Notes: generated by a model not told the origin, from the letters alone. DNA of 64,000 nt from an uncultured Acidimicrobiales bacterium (GCA_958296055.1 CATQHS010000001.1:1396277-1460276); one strand, 5' to 3'. Counted from the stretch's first letter, positions 54,783-63,908 are shown. Program-made: numbers and translations.

Positions 54783-55588
54783 AGCGCCAGATCCGAGCGC
54801 TGGTCGCGGTCGTCGCCTCGGCGCTGTTCCTGTTTCCGCTCTATCTGGTGATAGCCAACGCCTTGAAGGCCGACGAGGAGATCGTCAACCAGCCGGCTAA
54901 GCCGCCGCTGCCGCCGACGCTGGCCGGCTTGAGCGCGGTGGTCGAGGGCGGCGAAGTGACCGCCGGCCTGCGGAACTCGGTGCTGATCACCGGCTCGACC
55001 ATCGCGCTCATAATGGTGGTGGCCTCGATGCTGGCTTTCGCCCTGCACGTGTCCAACAGCCGGCTCGGCAACGCCCTGAACGCCGTCATCCTGTTCGGGC
55101 TGATCCTGCCCACGCCGGTGATCCTGATCCCGGTGTTCAGGGTGCTCAAGTTCCTGAGCCTGCAGAACAGCTTTCCGGGCCTGGTGCTGTTCTTGTGCGC
55201 CTACTATGCCCCGTTTGCGGTGCTCGTTTACCGGGGGTTTCTGCGGTCGGTTCCCAAGGACCTGATAGAGGCCGCGCTCATGGACGGGGCTTCGTACCGG
55301 TTCATATATTGGGCGGTGGTGCTGCCGCTGCTGCGGCCGGCCACCGCCAGCGTTTTGGTCATCACCGGTGTATGGGTGTGGAACGACTTCCTCAACCCTC
55401 TCGTGCTCCTCGGCCCCTTGCAGGGCAACACCGTCACGGTGGGCCTGTATCGGTCGGTCGGCCAGTTCAGCATCAATTTCGGGGAGTTGTTCGCCTACAT
55501 GCTGGTGGCGTCGGCCCCCGTGCTCGGGTTCTATCTCGTCCTCCAGCGCCACTTCGTTCGGGGCCTGATCGCGGGCGCGACCAAGTGA
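54779..55588 (+). CDS. Carbohydrate ABC transporter permease (MalG/UgpE-like)
   Basis: GTG 54779 overlaps the upstream stop (GTGA). The EAA loop reads IEAALMDGASYRFIYWAVVLPL. Confidence 0.88.
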   Translation: MKRQIRALVAVVASALFLFPLYLVIANALKADEEIVNQPAKPPLPPTLAGLSAVVEGGEVTAGLRNSVLITGSTIALIMVVASMLAFALHVSNSRLGNALNAVILFGLILPTPVILIPVFRVLKFLSLQNSFPGLVLFLCAYYAPFAVLVYRGFLRSVPKDLIEAALMDGASYRFIYWAVVLPLLRPATASVLVITGVWVWNDFLNPLVLLGPLQGNTVTVGLYRSVGQFSINFGELFAYMLVASAPVLGFYLVLQRHFVRGLIAGATK

Positions 55589-55631
55589 CCGCCCGAACCT
55601 AGAATCCGCCGTCCGACCGGGAGACCGCCCC

Positions 55632-56777
55632 ATGGCGTCAGTGCAGCTCGCCAACGTGACCAAGGAGTACGTCTCCGGGACGGCGGCGGTGAGCCGGCTC
55701 ACCCTGGACGTGGCCGACGGAGAGCTGGTGGTGCTGGTCGGCCCGTCCGGGTGCGGCAAGTCCACCGCGCTGAGGATGATCGCCGGGCTCGAGTCGATCA
55801 CCGAGGGCGACCTCTTCATCGGGGGCGAGCGCATGAACGACGTCGCCTCCCACGAGCGCGACATCGCCATGGTGTTCCAGAGCTACGCCCTGTACCCGCA
55901 CCTCACCGTCGGGGAGAACATGGGGTTCTCGCTGCGGGTGGGCCGGGTCCCCAAGCGGGAGCGGGCCGAGCGGGTCCGGGCCGTGGCCCGCACCCTCGGG
56001 CTCGACGAGCTGATCGACCGCAAGCCCCGCGAGCTCTCCGGCGGCCAGCGCCAGCGGGTGGCCATGGGCCGGGCCATCATCCGCGAGCCCCAGGTGTTCC
56101 TGATGGACGAGCCGCTCTCCAATCTCGACGCCAAGCTGCGATCGGAGATGCGGGCCGAGATCAGCGACCTCCAGGCCCGCCTGGGCGTCACCACCATCTT
56201 CGTGACCCACGATCAGGTGGAGGCCATGACCATGGGCCACCGGGTAGCGGTCCTGCGGGAGGGCGAGCTTCAGCAGGTCGCCGCCCCCTATGAGCTCTAC
56301 CGCCATCCGGCCAACCTGTTCGTGGCCTCGTTCATCGGGAACCCGTCGATGTCGATCCTTCGGTTCGCGGTGGAGGCCGAGCACCGCCGGCTGGCCGCGG
56401 GACCGGCTCGGCTGGACATCCCCGAGCCGGTCCTGGCCCGGCGGCCGGGACTGCTCGGCACCGCCGAGGCGCTGGTCGGCCTGCGGCCCGAACACCTGCG
56501 CCTCGCCGGAGACGCCGAGTCCGGCAACGCTCTCGACGGGGTGGTGCGCGGGGTCGAGGCGCTGGGTTCTGACACCTTCGTGCGGGTCGAGTGCGCGGGC
56601 AGCGCCGAGAGCGCCAGCGATGCGGCCGCCGGAGGGGAGTCGCCGACGCCGGGCGGCCCCATGGTTACCGTCCGGGCGCCCGGCTCGGCTTCGGCCCGGC
56701 CCGGCCAGCATTGCCGGGTGGCCGTGGACTTGGACGAGGCCCACTTCTTCGACCCGGCCGGGGACCCGATCCGCTGA
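55632..56777 (+). CDS. Sugar ABC transporter ATP-binding protein (MalK/UgpC/MsiK-like)
   Basis: Walker A is GPSGCGKST, the signature is LSGGQRQRVAMGRA, and Walker B is VFLMDEPLSNLD. A C-terminal regulatory (TOBE-like) domain is present. Confidence 0.93.
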   Translation: MASVQLANVTKEYVSGTAAVSRLTLDVADGELVVLVGPSGCGKSTALRMIAGLESITEGDLFIGGERMNDVASHERDIAMVFQSYALYPHLTVGENMGFSLRVGRVPKRERAERVRAVARTLGLDELIDRKPRELSGGQRQRVAMGRAIIREPQVFLMDEPLSNLDAKLRSEMRAEISDLQARLGVTTIFVTHDQVEAMTMGHRVAVLREGELQQVAAPYELYRHPANLFVASFIGNPSMSILRFAVEAEHRRLAAGPARLDIPEPVLARRPGLLGTAEALVGLRPEHLRLAGDAESGNALDGVVRGVEALGSDTFVRVECAGSAESASDAAAGGESPTPGGPMVTVRAPGSASARPGQHCRVAVDLDEAHFFDPAGDPIR

Positions 56778-56835
56778 GAGGCGGCGGTCCCGGTTGGGGC
56801 GGGCCCGGCAGCTCCGTCTGCGGCCCGCAGGGCGG

Positions 56836-57816
56836 TCAGTGGTGGGGCGGGACCAGCAGCTCCGTGGGCAATACCACCTCTCGGGGCTCGTCGCCGTCGA
56901 TGGCCCCCAGCAGCAACTCGGCCGCGGTCGCGCCCATCAGGAACGGGTCCCGGGCCACGAAATGGGCGGCCGGCTCCAGTAGCCGGAGGGCGATGTTGGT
57001 GTCGCAGCCCAACACGTCAAGGCCGCTCTCGCGTTTGAGGCCGAGCTGGTGCAGAGCCCGGTACAGCCCGATGGTGAACAGCAGGCCGCCGCAGACGACC
57101 GCCGTCGGCCGATCCGGGGTGTCGAGCAGCCGCTGGGCCGCCGCGGTGGCCGCGTCGTAGTCGTTGTCGAGGCACAAGACGGTGCGGTCGACGATCCCGG
57201 CCCGGTCCAGGGCCTCCTCGAAGCTGCATCGACGCTCCCGCATGGGACGGATCTCGTCGGTGCCGACCAGCATGGCGAAACGCTCGTGGCCGAGGCCGAT
57301 CAGGCGCTCGACCCCGGCCCGCACCCCGCTGCGGTGGTCGGAGACGACGCGGTTGACCGGCCGGCCGTCGACCCGGCGGTCGATGAGAACCACCGGCCGG
57401 TCCTCGGCCGGTAACTCAGACGACGCCTCGTCCACCAGCGCCAGGATCAGCCCATCCACCCGGCGCTGTGCGAAGTTGTCCACCAGCGCCGATTCTCGGG
57501 CCGCGTCGCCGGCCGCGTCGCTGACGATCAGAGCTATGTCGTCGAGGGCCAGACGGCGCTCGACGCCCTGGGCGATGTTGGCGAACAGCGGGTTCATGAG
57601 GTCGCGGATGACCATCCCCACCGTTCTCGTCCGGCCGGTGCGCAGACTCTGGGCCACCAGATCCCGCCGGTAGTTCAGCCTGGCCGCGGCCTCCTCCACC
57701 CGCTTCCGAGTGGCGGGGTCGACCCCGGCGCCGGCCAGGGACCGAGAGGCGGTGGCTACCGAGACGCCCGCCTCGGCGGCCACGTCTTTCATGGCTGGTC
57801 GCTTCTTGGCCGTCAT
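56836..57816 (-). CDS. LacI-family transcriptional regulator
   Basis: The N-terminal HTH reads MKDVAAEAGVSVATASRSL. It is followed by a periplasmic-binding-protein-like sugar-sensing domain. Confidence 0.9.
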   Translation of the reverse strand: MTAKKRPAMKDVAAEAGVSVATASRSLAGAGVDPATRKRVEEAAARLNYRRDLVAQSLRTGRTRTVGMVIRDLMNPLFANIAQGVERRLALDDIALIVSDAAGDAARESALVDNFAQRRVDGLILALVDEASSELPAEDRPVVLIDRRVDGRPVNRVVSDHRSGVRAGVERLIGLGHERFAMLVGTDEIRPMRERRCSFEEALDRAGIVDRTVLCLDNDYDAATAAAQRLLDTPDRPTAVVCGGLLFTIGLYRALHQLGLKRESGLDVLGCDTNIALRLLEPAAHFVARDPFLMGATAAELLLGAIDGDEPREVVLPTELLVPPHH

Positions 57817-58823
57817 CGGGCTTCGACTTCGACGGCCATGCCGAGGCGATGGCTGGCCTCCACCGCCTCGAGGAGCAGCAGCGTCTCCACCGCGTCTGCC
57901 CCCGAGGTTTCCGGCTCGCCCCCTCCGGCGATGGCCGCCATCAGCGACCTCATCGGTCCGGCAAAGGCGTCGGGGAACCAGTTCCCCTCCAGTTCCCTCT
58001 CCTGCGGGCCCGCGCCGGTCCGGGCGAAAAGCCGGATGGCGTCGGGTACTTCGCCGGGGTGGCCGATCATGTCCCCGACCCGGCCCTCGACCAGCAGGTC
58101 GGTCCCTTCGATGGTGAACTCCGCCGTCCAGGACAGCGGCGGCTTGGGCGAGTCATGGCCCACCTGCACCGATCCGGTCACCCTGCCGGGATGGCCGGCG
58201 ACGATCACCGCCCGGGTGGGCCTGTCGATCCCGCTCGTCTGATGGGCCCCCAGTCGGGCGTACACCGTGGCCGGGGTGCCGAACCAAAACCGGGCCGCGT
58301 CGAGGTAGTGAATCGAGTTGTACCAGAGCTCGGGGTATGCCAGCTCGGCCAGCCACGGCCACGCCGACCAGTCGGTGCGGCGGTTGAACCGCATGGAGTA
58401 GTCGATGACCTCCCCGAAGGCGCCCTGGCGCAGCAGTTCGGCGGCGGCCCGCACCGACGGCGCCCAGCGCATCTGGTGGTTGACCGCCACCAGCCGCCCG
58501 GCCCGTTCGGCTGCCTCGACGATGGCCCGGGCCCGGGCTGAATCCGGGGCCATGGGCTTTTGCAGCAGGACGTGCTTGCCCGCCTCGAAGGCCCGAGACG
58601 CGATCGGAAGGTTGTGCTCGGCCGGCACCGCGACGTCGACGACGGCCACTTCGGGAAGGCTCAGCAGCTCGCCGAGGCTGTCGCAGACCCGGCCGATCCC
58701 GAAGCGCTCGGCCAGGGCCTGGGCCGCGGCCGCGTCAACGTCGTACACGGCCTGCACATCGAACCCGGCCCGGCGGTAGGCGGGCAGGTGAGCGGTGGCG
58801 GCGATGGCCCCGGCGCCCACCAA
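57813..58823 (-). CDS. Gfo/Idh/MocA family oxidoreductase
   Basis: The Rossmann region reads GLVGAGAIAATAHLPAY, with EKP-like LLQKPMA. The only listed start is TTG 58823, which cuts into strand beta-1, so the true start is unclear. Confidence 0.8.
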   Translation of the reverse strand: MVGAGAIAATAHLPAYRRAGFDVQAVYDVDAAAAQALAERFGIGRVCDSLGELLSLPEVAVVDVAVPAEHNLPIASRAFEAGKHVLLQKPMAPDSARARAIVEAAERAGRLVAVNHQMRWAPSVRAAAELLRQGAFGEVIDYSMRFNRRTDWSAWPWLAELAYPELWYNSIHYLDAARFWFGTPATVYARLGAHQTSGIDRPTRAVIVAGHPGRVTGSVQVGHDSPKPPLSWTAEFTIEGTDLLVEGRVGDMIGHPGEVPDAIRLFARTGAGPQERELEGNWFPDAFAGPMRSLMAAIAGGGEPETSGADAVETLLLLEAVEASHRLGMAVEVEAR

Positions 58824-58866
58824 ACCGATCGGAGAGTCGGCGGTCGGATCGATGGGACGAGGCTAG

Positions 58867-58880
58867 TGGAATCGATTACA
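58867..58880. promoter_or_regulatory. LacI-family operator TGGAATCGATTACA
   Basis: It is a perfect match to TGnAAnCGnTTnCA. It lies in the divergent region between the Gfo-LacI operon and the MlrC-like gene, 13 nt upstream of ATG 58894. Confidence 0.6.
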
Positions 58881-58893
58881 CTCTACCTTCGCA

Positions 58894-60402
58894 ATGGCTT
58901 CAGCTCCCCGAATCGCCGTAGGCGGAATCCTCACCGAGTGCAACGACTTCGGGGGGGTGCCGATCGACTTGGAGGCCTTCGAGCGGTTCGAGTTGCGCCG
59001 GGGCGACGAAGTGCTCGGCGCCCGCAGCGGCGTGATGGGTGGGATGCTCGACGCGCTGTCGGGCCGAGGAGCGACGGCCGCGCCCCTGCTGTTCGGCTCG
59101 ACTAGCCCGGGCGGGCCGGTGACCACGGAGTGCTACGAGGCGCTGCGCCGAGAGCTGCTGGACCGGCTCCGGGCCGTCGGACCGGTCGACGGAGTGCTGC
59201 TGGCCCTGCACGGCGCGGCGGTGGCCGAGACGGTAGATGACGTCGAGGGCGACCTCCTCGAAAGGGTGCGGGGCCTGGTCGGGCCCGAGGTCCGGGTGGT
59301 GGCCACGCTCGACCTCCACGCCCACGTCACCGGGGAGATGGTTCGCTTCGCCGACGGGCTGCTGGGCTGGGAGACCTACCCCCACGTCGACACCTACACC
59401 ACCGGCCGGCGGGGCGCCGACCTGCTGCTCGACGCCGTGTCCGGCTCGGTCCGGCCTTGCATGGCCCTGGCCAAAGTGCCGGTGCTGACCGGGGCGGTGA
59501 ATGGGTCCACCGAGGGCGACGGGCCGTTCGCGACGCTGATGCGCCGGGCCAAGGCCCTGGAGGCCCGGCCCGGAGTCCTGTCTACCAGCATGTTCTTGGT
59601 GAATCCCTTCCTGGACCGGCCCGGGATGGGCAGCGGGGGCCTGGTCATAACCGACGGCGATCCGGACACGGCCCGACGCGAGGCCGCCGCCCTAGCGGCC
59701 GAGTACTGGGAGCGCCGCCACGACCTCGAGCCCGAGATGTCGAGCCCCCGCGACGCGGTGCGGGCCGGGCTAGGGATCGAGGGCGGGCCGGTGCTGCTGC
59801 TCGAGACGGCCGACGCCTGCGGAGGCGGAGCGGCCGGCGACGGCGTCGCCTGCGTGGCCGCCCTGATCGAGTTGGCCCCCGACGCGCCGTCGATGGCGCC
59901 AGTGGTCGATCCCGACGCCGCCGCCGCCTGCCATGCGGCCGGGGCCGGGGCGCCGGTGGACCTGCGGCTCGGCCATCGGGTGGACCCCCGGTGGGGCGAG
60001 CCCGTCGAGATCAGCGGCGTAGTCGAGACCCTCGGCGCCGGCCGGTTCGCCTACCGGGGCGGGATCTGGGAGGGCACGGTCGGCGAAATGGGCCCGACCG
60101 CGGTGGTCCGGGCCGGCGGGCTGCGCATCCTCGTCTCCACCCACCCGACCTATGAGTGGCAGGGCGAGCAGTTCGAGTCGGTCGGCCTCGACGCGGACGG
60201 GGCCAAGTTCGTGGTGGTTAAGAACCCCATGAACTACCGGATCGCCTACCCCGGCGCCCGGGCGGCGATCGTGGTGGACTCGCCCGGCCCGACGCCGGCG
60301 AGCTGCCGGGCTCTGCCCTATGTCAGGATGGCCCGGCCGTTCTTCCCGTTCGACGACGACATAAAAGGCCTGCAGCCGGAGGTGTTCGCCTCAAGCGAGT
60401 GA
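58894..60402 (+). CDS. M81 family metallopeptidase (MlrC-like; DUF1485 plus MlrC C-terminal domain)
   Basis: Motifs are RIAVGGILTECNDF, DGVLLALHGAAV, DDVEGDLLERVR, LDLHAHV and YPHVDTYTTG. Confidence 0.8.
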   Translation: MASAPRIAVGGILTECNDFGGVPIDLEAFERFELRRGDEVLGARSGVMGGMLDALSGRGATAAPLLFGSTSPGGPVTTECYEALRRELLDRLRAVGPVDGVLLALHGAAVAETVDDVEGDLLERVRGLVGPEVRVVATLDLHAHVTGEMVRFADGLLGWETYPHVDTYTTGRRGADLLLDAVSGSVRPCMALAKVPVLTGAVNGSTEGDGPFATLMRRAKALEARPGVLSTSMFLVNPFLDRPGMGSGGLVITDGDPDTARREAAALAAEYWERRHDLEPEMSSPRDAVRAGLGIEGGPVLLLETADACGGGAAGDGVACVAALIELAPDAPSMAPVVDPDAAAACHAAGAGAPVDLRLGHRVDPRWGEPVEISGVVETLGAGRFAYRGGIWEGTVGEMGPTAVVRAGGLRILVSTHPTYEWQGEQFESVGLDADGAKFVVVKNPMNYRIAYPGARAAIVVDSPGPTPASCRALPYVRMARPFFPFDDDIKGLQPEVFASSE

Positions 60403-60421
60403 GGTCAGGCCGGGGCTCTGA

Positions 60422-60442
60422 ATGTGCTACAATGAAGCACAT
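60422..60442. promoter_or_regulatory. Inverted repeat ATGTGCT-acaatga-AGCACAT overlapping a TACAAT -10 box and the antitoxin ATG; putative TA operator and leaderless promoter
   Basis: TACAAT (60428-60433) lies 7 nt before ATG 60441. The half-site GTGCTA/TAGCAC is shared with module 1 (30693-30714). Confidence 0.55.
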
Positions 60443-60704
60443 GGCCGAAGTGGGAATCCGGGCCCTCAAGCAAAATGCCTCGGCGGTGGTGGCGGAGGCG
60501 GCCGCGGGCGAGACTGTCACCATCACCGACCGGGGGCACCCGGTCGCCCAGATGACGCCAATACCGACGTCGCGATTGCGTGAGCTGATCGAAACGGGTC
60601 GGGCCCGGCCCGCCCGCCGCCGAATCGAGGATCTGCCGCCGCCCGAGCCGGGTCCCAGCCTGACCGCGGCGCTGCTCGCCATGCGCGGCGAAGAGCGGTA
60701 TTGA
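60441..60704 (+). CDS. Phd/YefM-family antitoxin (module 3)
   Basis: The N-terminal domain reads MAEVGIRALKQNASAVVAEAAAGETVTITDRGHPVAQMTP. I choose ATG 60441 from the promoter geometry. The ORF is open from 60399. Confidence 0.85.
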   Translation: MAEVGIRALKQNASAVVAEAAAGETVTITDRGHPVAQMTPIPTSRLRELIETGRARPARRRIEDLPPPEPGPSLTAALLAMRGEERY

Positions 60705-60705
60705 G

Positions 60706-61098
60706 GTGGCGTTCTACATCGACACTTCGGCCTTGGTGAAGCTGGTGGTAGCCGAGACCGAGACCGCGCCGCTGCAGGACTGGGCGGAACGAGAGCAGCG
60801 GGATCTGATCGCATGCGATCTCGCTCGCACAGAGCTACGCCGAGCGGTTCGCCGAGTTGCGCCCGATCGGGTGACCCGGGCCCGGGCCGTCCTCGACTCG
60901 ATCACGCTCACCGCGGTCACGCTTGCGATATTCGAAGAGGCGGGACGGCTCGACCCGGCCGCTCTGCGCACTCTCGACGCGATTCACCTGGCGTCCGCTC
61001 TCGACCTGGGCGACGACCTAGAGGGCTTGGTCACTTACGACGACCGACTGGCGGCCGCGGCCCAAGCCAACGGAGTGACCGTCGTAGCACCAGCCTGA
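60706..61098 (+). CDS. vapC: VapC-type PIN-domain toxin (module 3)
   Basis: Motifs are FYIDTSALVKL, ..E.., LDAIHLASA and TYDDRL. The start is GTG. Confidence 0.88.
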   Translation: MAFYIDTSALVKLVVAETETAPLQDWAEREQRDLIACDLARTELRRAVRRVAPDRVTRARAVLDSITLTAVTLAIFEEAGRLDPAALRTLDAIHLASALDLGDDLEGLVTYDDRLAAAAQANGVTVVAPA

Positions 61099-61149
61099 CC
61101 CAGCGGCCCTAACCCCCGGGTTTCGGGGAGGCCTATCGAGCTCTCATGC

Positions 61150-61611
61150 TCAGGCCGGGGCCGGGACCCGAGCCATCTCGAGTACTTCGATAGTGAGGCC
61201 TTCGGGATCGCGGAAATAGCAGACATGGCGGCCCTGGTTGGGCCCGGAGGTGATGCGGACCGGCGCCGGGCTGCGGGCGGTGGCCCCCAGGGCGATCATG
61301 CGGTCGTAGGCGACGTGCAGATCGTCGGTCCGCAGGCACAGGTGGGCGGTGCCGGGGTTCTTGGTCTCGATGTCCACCGGCGCGCCCCGGGGGTCGAGGT
61401 ACTCGATCAGTTCCAGGCGCATCTCCGAGCCGGGGATCTTGAATATGGCCACGTCGAGCCTCGCCCCCGGATAGCCGACCTGCTCGCCGGTATAGGGGGC
61501 CTCGTAGACCCGGCGGACCTCGGGCTCGGCCTCGAACAGAGCCCGGTAGAACTCGGTGGCGGCCTTGATGTCGCGGACGGTGAAGCCCACGTGAACCGCT
61601 CCGCTCAACAT
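61150..61611 (-). CDS. VOC (glyoxalase/bleomycin resistance/dioxygenase) family protein
   Basis: The paired beta-alpha-beta-beta-beta modules read VHVGFTVRDIKAATEFY.. and ..GTAHLCLRTDDLHVAYDRM. Confidence 0.85.
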   Translation of the reverse strand: MLSGAVHVGFTVRDIKAATEFYRALFEAEPEVRRVYEAPYTGEQVGYPGARLDVAIFKIPGSEMRLELIEYLDPRGAPVDIETKNPGTAHLCLRTDDLHVAYDRMIALGATARSPAPVRITSGPNQGRHVCYFRDPEGLTIEVLEMARVPAPA

Positions 61612-61639
61612 GTCGCTCTCGCTTTCGTCTTCGCTTCGG

Positions 61640-62419
61640 TCAGTCTCGCTCCAGCCCGCCGCAGACGTTGATGGACTGCCCGGTGACGTGGCCGGCCTCG
61701 TCGGAGAGCAAAAAAGCGATCACCGAGGCGACCTGCTCGGGAGTGGCCATGGCCCCCAGCGGGATGCGGCCGGTTATCTCGTTCATCGACTCCTGCACGG
61801 TCAGGCCCGTCTCGGCGGACCGGTGGGAGTGTATGGCTTCGGTCATGGGGGTATCGACCACGCCGGGGCACACCGCGTTGACCCGGACGCCAGGGGCCAA
61901 GGCCAGGGCCAGCGACCGGACCACGCTGATCACGCCGGCCTTAGACACGGCGTAGTCCACCACGTCGGTGCGACCGGACCGGCCCGCCACCGACGCCACC
62001 GCCACCAGCCGGCCGTCGGTCCTGCCCGCCCGGAACCGGCGGGCCAGCTCCTGGAGCACGAAGAAGGTGCCCTTGAGGTTCACCCCCAGGGTCCGGTCCC
62101 ACTGCCGCTCGCTCAGCTCCAACGCGGCGGCCACCTCGATCACCCCGGCGCAGGTCGCCCCCAGCGACAGCTCCCCGAGACGCTCGGCCGCGTCGTCTAG
62201 AGCCTCGGCGATCCCGTCGGGCCGGGACACGTCGAGTACGTGGGCGGAGGCGGCCACGCCTAACTCCCGGGCCTCCGCCGCACTGTCCTCGGCGGCGGCC
62301 TCGGAGAGGTCGGCAGCGGCCACGTTGGCGCCCGCGGCCGCCAGCGCCCTCACTACCGCCCGGCCTATGCCGCCGCCCGCCCCGGTGACGAAGGCGTTCC
62401 GTCCATCCAGGCCAACCAT
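61640..62419 (-). CDS. SDR-family oxidoreductase (FabG-like)
   Basis: The start is ATG 62419. Motifs are TGAGGGIGRA, NAAC-like GVIE, the catalytic YAVSKAG, and PGVVDTPM. Confidence 0.9.
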   Translation of the reverse strand: MVGLDGRNAFVTGAGGGIGRAVVRALAAAGANVAAADLSEAAAEDSAAEARELGVAASAHVLDVSRPDGIAEALDDAAERLGELSLGATCAGVIEVAAALELSERQWDRTLGVNLKGTFFVLQELARRFRAGRTDGRLVAVASVAGRSGRTDVVDYAVSKAGVISVVRSLALALAPGVRVNAVCPGVVDTPMTEAIHSHRSAETGLTVQESMNEITGRIPLGAMATPEQVASVIAFLLSDEAGHVTGQSINVCGGLERD

Positions 62420-62474
62420 GCCATCTCTCCGTCCGGTTCGGCCGGGCCGCTCGAAGGAGGCGATGCTACCGTTC

Positions 62475-62488
62475 GGCAATCGATTACG
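62475..62488. promoter_or_regulatory. Degenerate LacI-type operator-like site GGCAATCGATTACG
   Basis: It shares the 10-mer AATCGATTAC with the site at 58867-58880. It lies in the divergent region between the SDR and lyase genes. Confidence 0.4.
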
Positions 62489-62534
62489 GGTCTCGATGCG
62501 GCGCCGCGGCCGGTCCGGCCAGAGCGGTTCTTCC

Positions 62535-63908
62535 ATGACCTCGCACACCGGTCTCATCGATTCGCGCCTGTTCCGGGACCAGTTCGGCACCCCCGAGATG
62601 CGGGCCGTCTTCTCCGATGACGCCATGCTGGGCGGCTGGGCGGCGGTGGAGGCAGCCCTGGCCGGGGCCCAGGCCGAGCTGGGGATGATCCCGGCAGAGG
62701 CCGCGGCTGAGATCGGGCGGGCGGCCGAGGGGTTCGCGGTCGATGACTACGAGCCGCTGCGCCGGCGCCTGGCCGATTCCGGCCACCCGCTGATCCCCTT
62801 CCTCGACGAGTTCGGCCGCCGGCTGTCGCCCGACGCGGCCGGGTGGCTGCACTGGGGCGCCACCACCCAGGACATAACCGACACCGCCGTCGTGTTGATG
62901 CTGCGCGACGCCTTCGCCTGCCTCGGCGAGGACCTGGCCGCGCTGGAGGGCACGCTGGAGGATCTGGCCCGGCGGCATCGGGACACGCCGATGAGCGGGC
63001 GCACCCACGGCCAGCACGCGGTGCCGATCACGTTCGGGCTCAAGCTGGCGGTGATGCTCGACGAACTGGGCCGCCACCGGGGCCGCATCAACGAGATCGG
63101 GCCCCGGGTGCTGGTGGGCCAGCTCGGCGGGGCGGCCGGGACCATGGCGTCGTTCGGGGACCGAGGGTTCGAGCTGCAGGAGCGGTTCTGCCGCCGGCTC
63201 GGGCTCGGCACCCCGGCCACCCCGTGGCATGTGGCCCGGGATCGCCTGGCCGATGCCGGCTTCGCCATGGCCGCGGTGGCCGCCACCTGCGGCCGGATGG
63301 CCCGCGAGGTGATCGAGCTGCAGCGCACCGAGATCGCCGAGGCGGCCGAGCCGAGCACCGACCGCAGCGTCGGCTCCTCGACCATGCCCCAGAAGGCCAA
63401 CCCGATGATGGCCGAGGTGGTGATGGCCCTGAGCCGGGCGGCCCGCCAGCACCCCGCGGTGCTGCTCGACGCCATGACCGGCAGCCACGAGCGGGACATG
63501 TCCACCTGGGCCGCGGAGTGGCTGGCGCTGAGCGAGACGGCGATACTGACCGCCGGAGCGCTCCGCCACACCGTCCGGATCTACGCCGGGCTGGCCGTCG
63601 ATCCCGAGCGCATGGCCGCCAACCTGGGCCTGACCGCGGGGGCGATCAACGCCGAGCAGGTGATGATGGCCCTAGCCCCCGCTCTGGGGCGGGCGAGGGC
63701 CCACGAGCTGGTCACCGAGCTGGTGAGATCGGCCCAGGCCTCAGGCCGCACCCTCGAGCAGGCTCTGGGCGACAACGAGACCGCCGCCGGGCTGCTAACC
63801 GCCGCCGAACGGGCCGAGATGCTGCGGCCCGAAAGCTACCTGGGCCTCTCCGCGGCGATCGTCGACCGAGTGCTGGCCGACAGCCACCACATGGAGGCAG
63901 ACAACTGA
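62535..63908 (+). CDS. Class II fumarate-lyase superfamily enzyme (3-carboxy-cis,cis-muconate cycloisomerase/adenylosuccinate lyase-like)
   Basis: The start is ATG 62535. The signature loop is GSSTMPQKANP. The ORF also contains WGATTQDI and TH.Q.A.P. Confidence 0.85.
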   Translation: MTSHTGLIDSRLFRDQFGTPEMRAVFSDDAMLGGWAAVEAALAGAQAELGMIPAEAAAEIGRAAEGFAVDDYEPLRRRLADSGHPLIPFLDEFGRRLSPDAAGWLHWGATTQDITDTAVVLMLRDAFACLGEDLAALEGTLEDLARRHRDTPMSGRTHGQHAVPITFGLKLAVMLDELGRHRGRINEIGPRVLVGQLGGAAGTMASFGDRGFELQERFCRRLGLGTPATPWHVARDRLADAGFAMAAVAATCGRMAREVIELQRTEIAEAAEPSTDRSVGSSTMPQKANPMMAEVVMALSRAARQHPAVLLDAMTGSHERDMSTWAAEWLALSETAILTAGALRHTVRIYAGLAVDPERMAANLGLTAGAINAEQVMMALAPALGRARAHELVTELVRSAQASGRTLEQALGDNETAAGLLTAAERAEMLRPESYLGLSAAIVDRVLADSHHMEADN

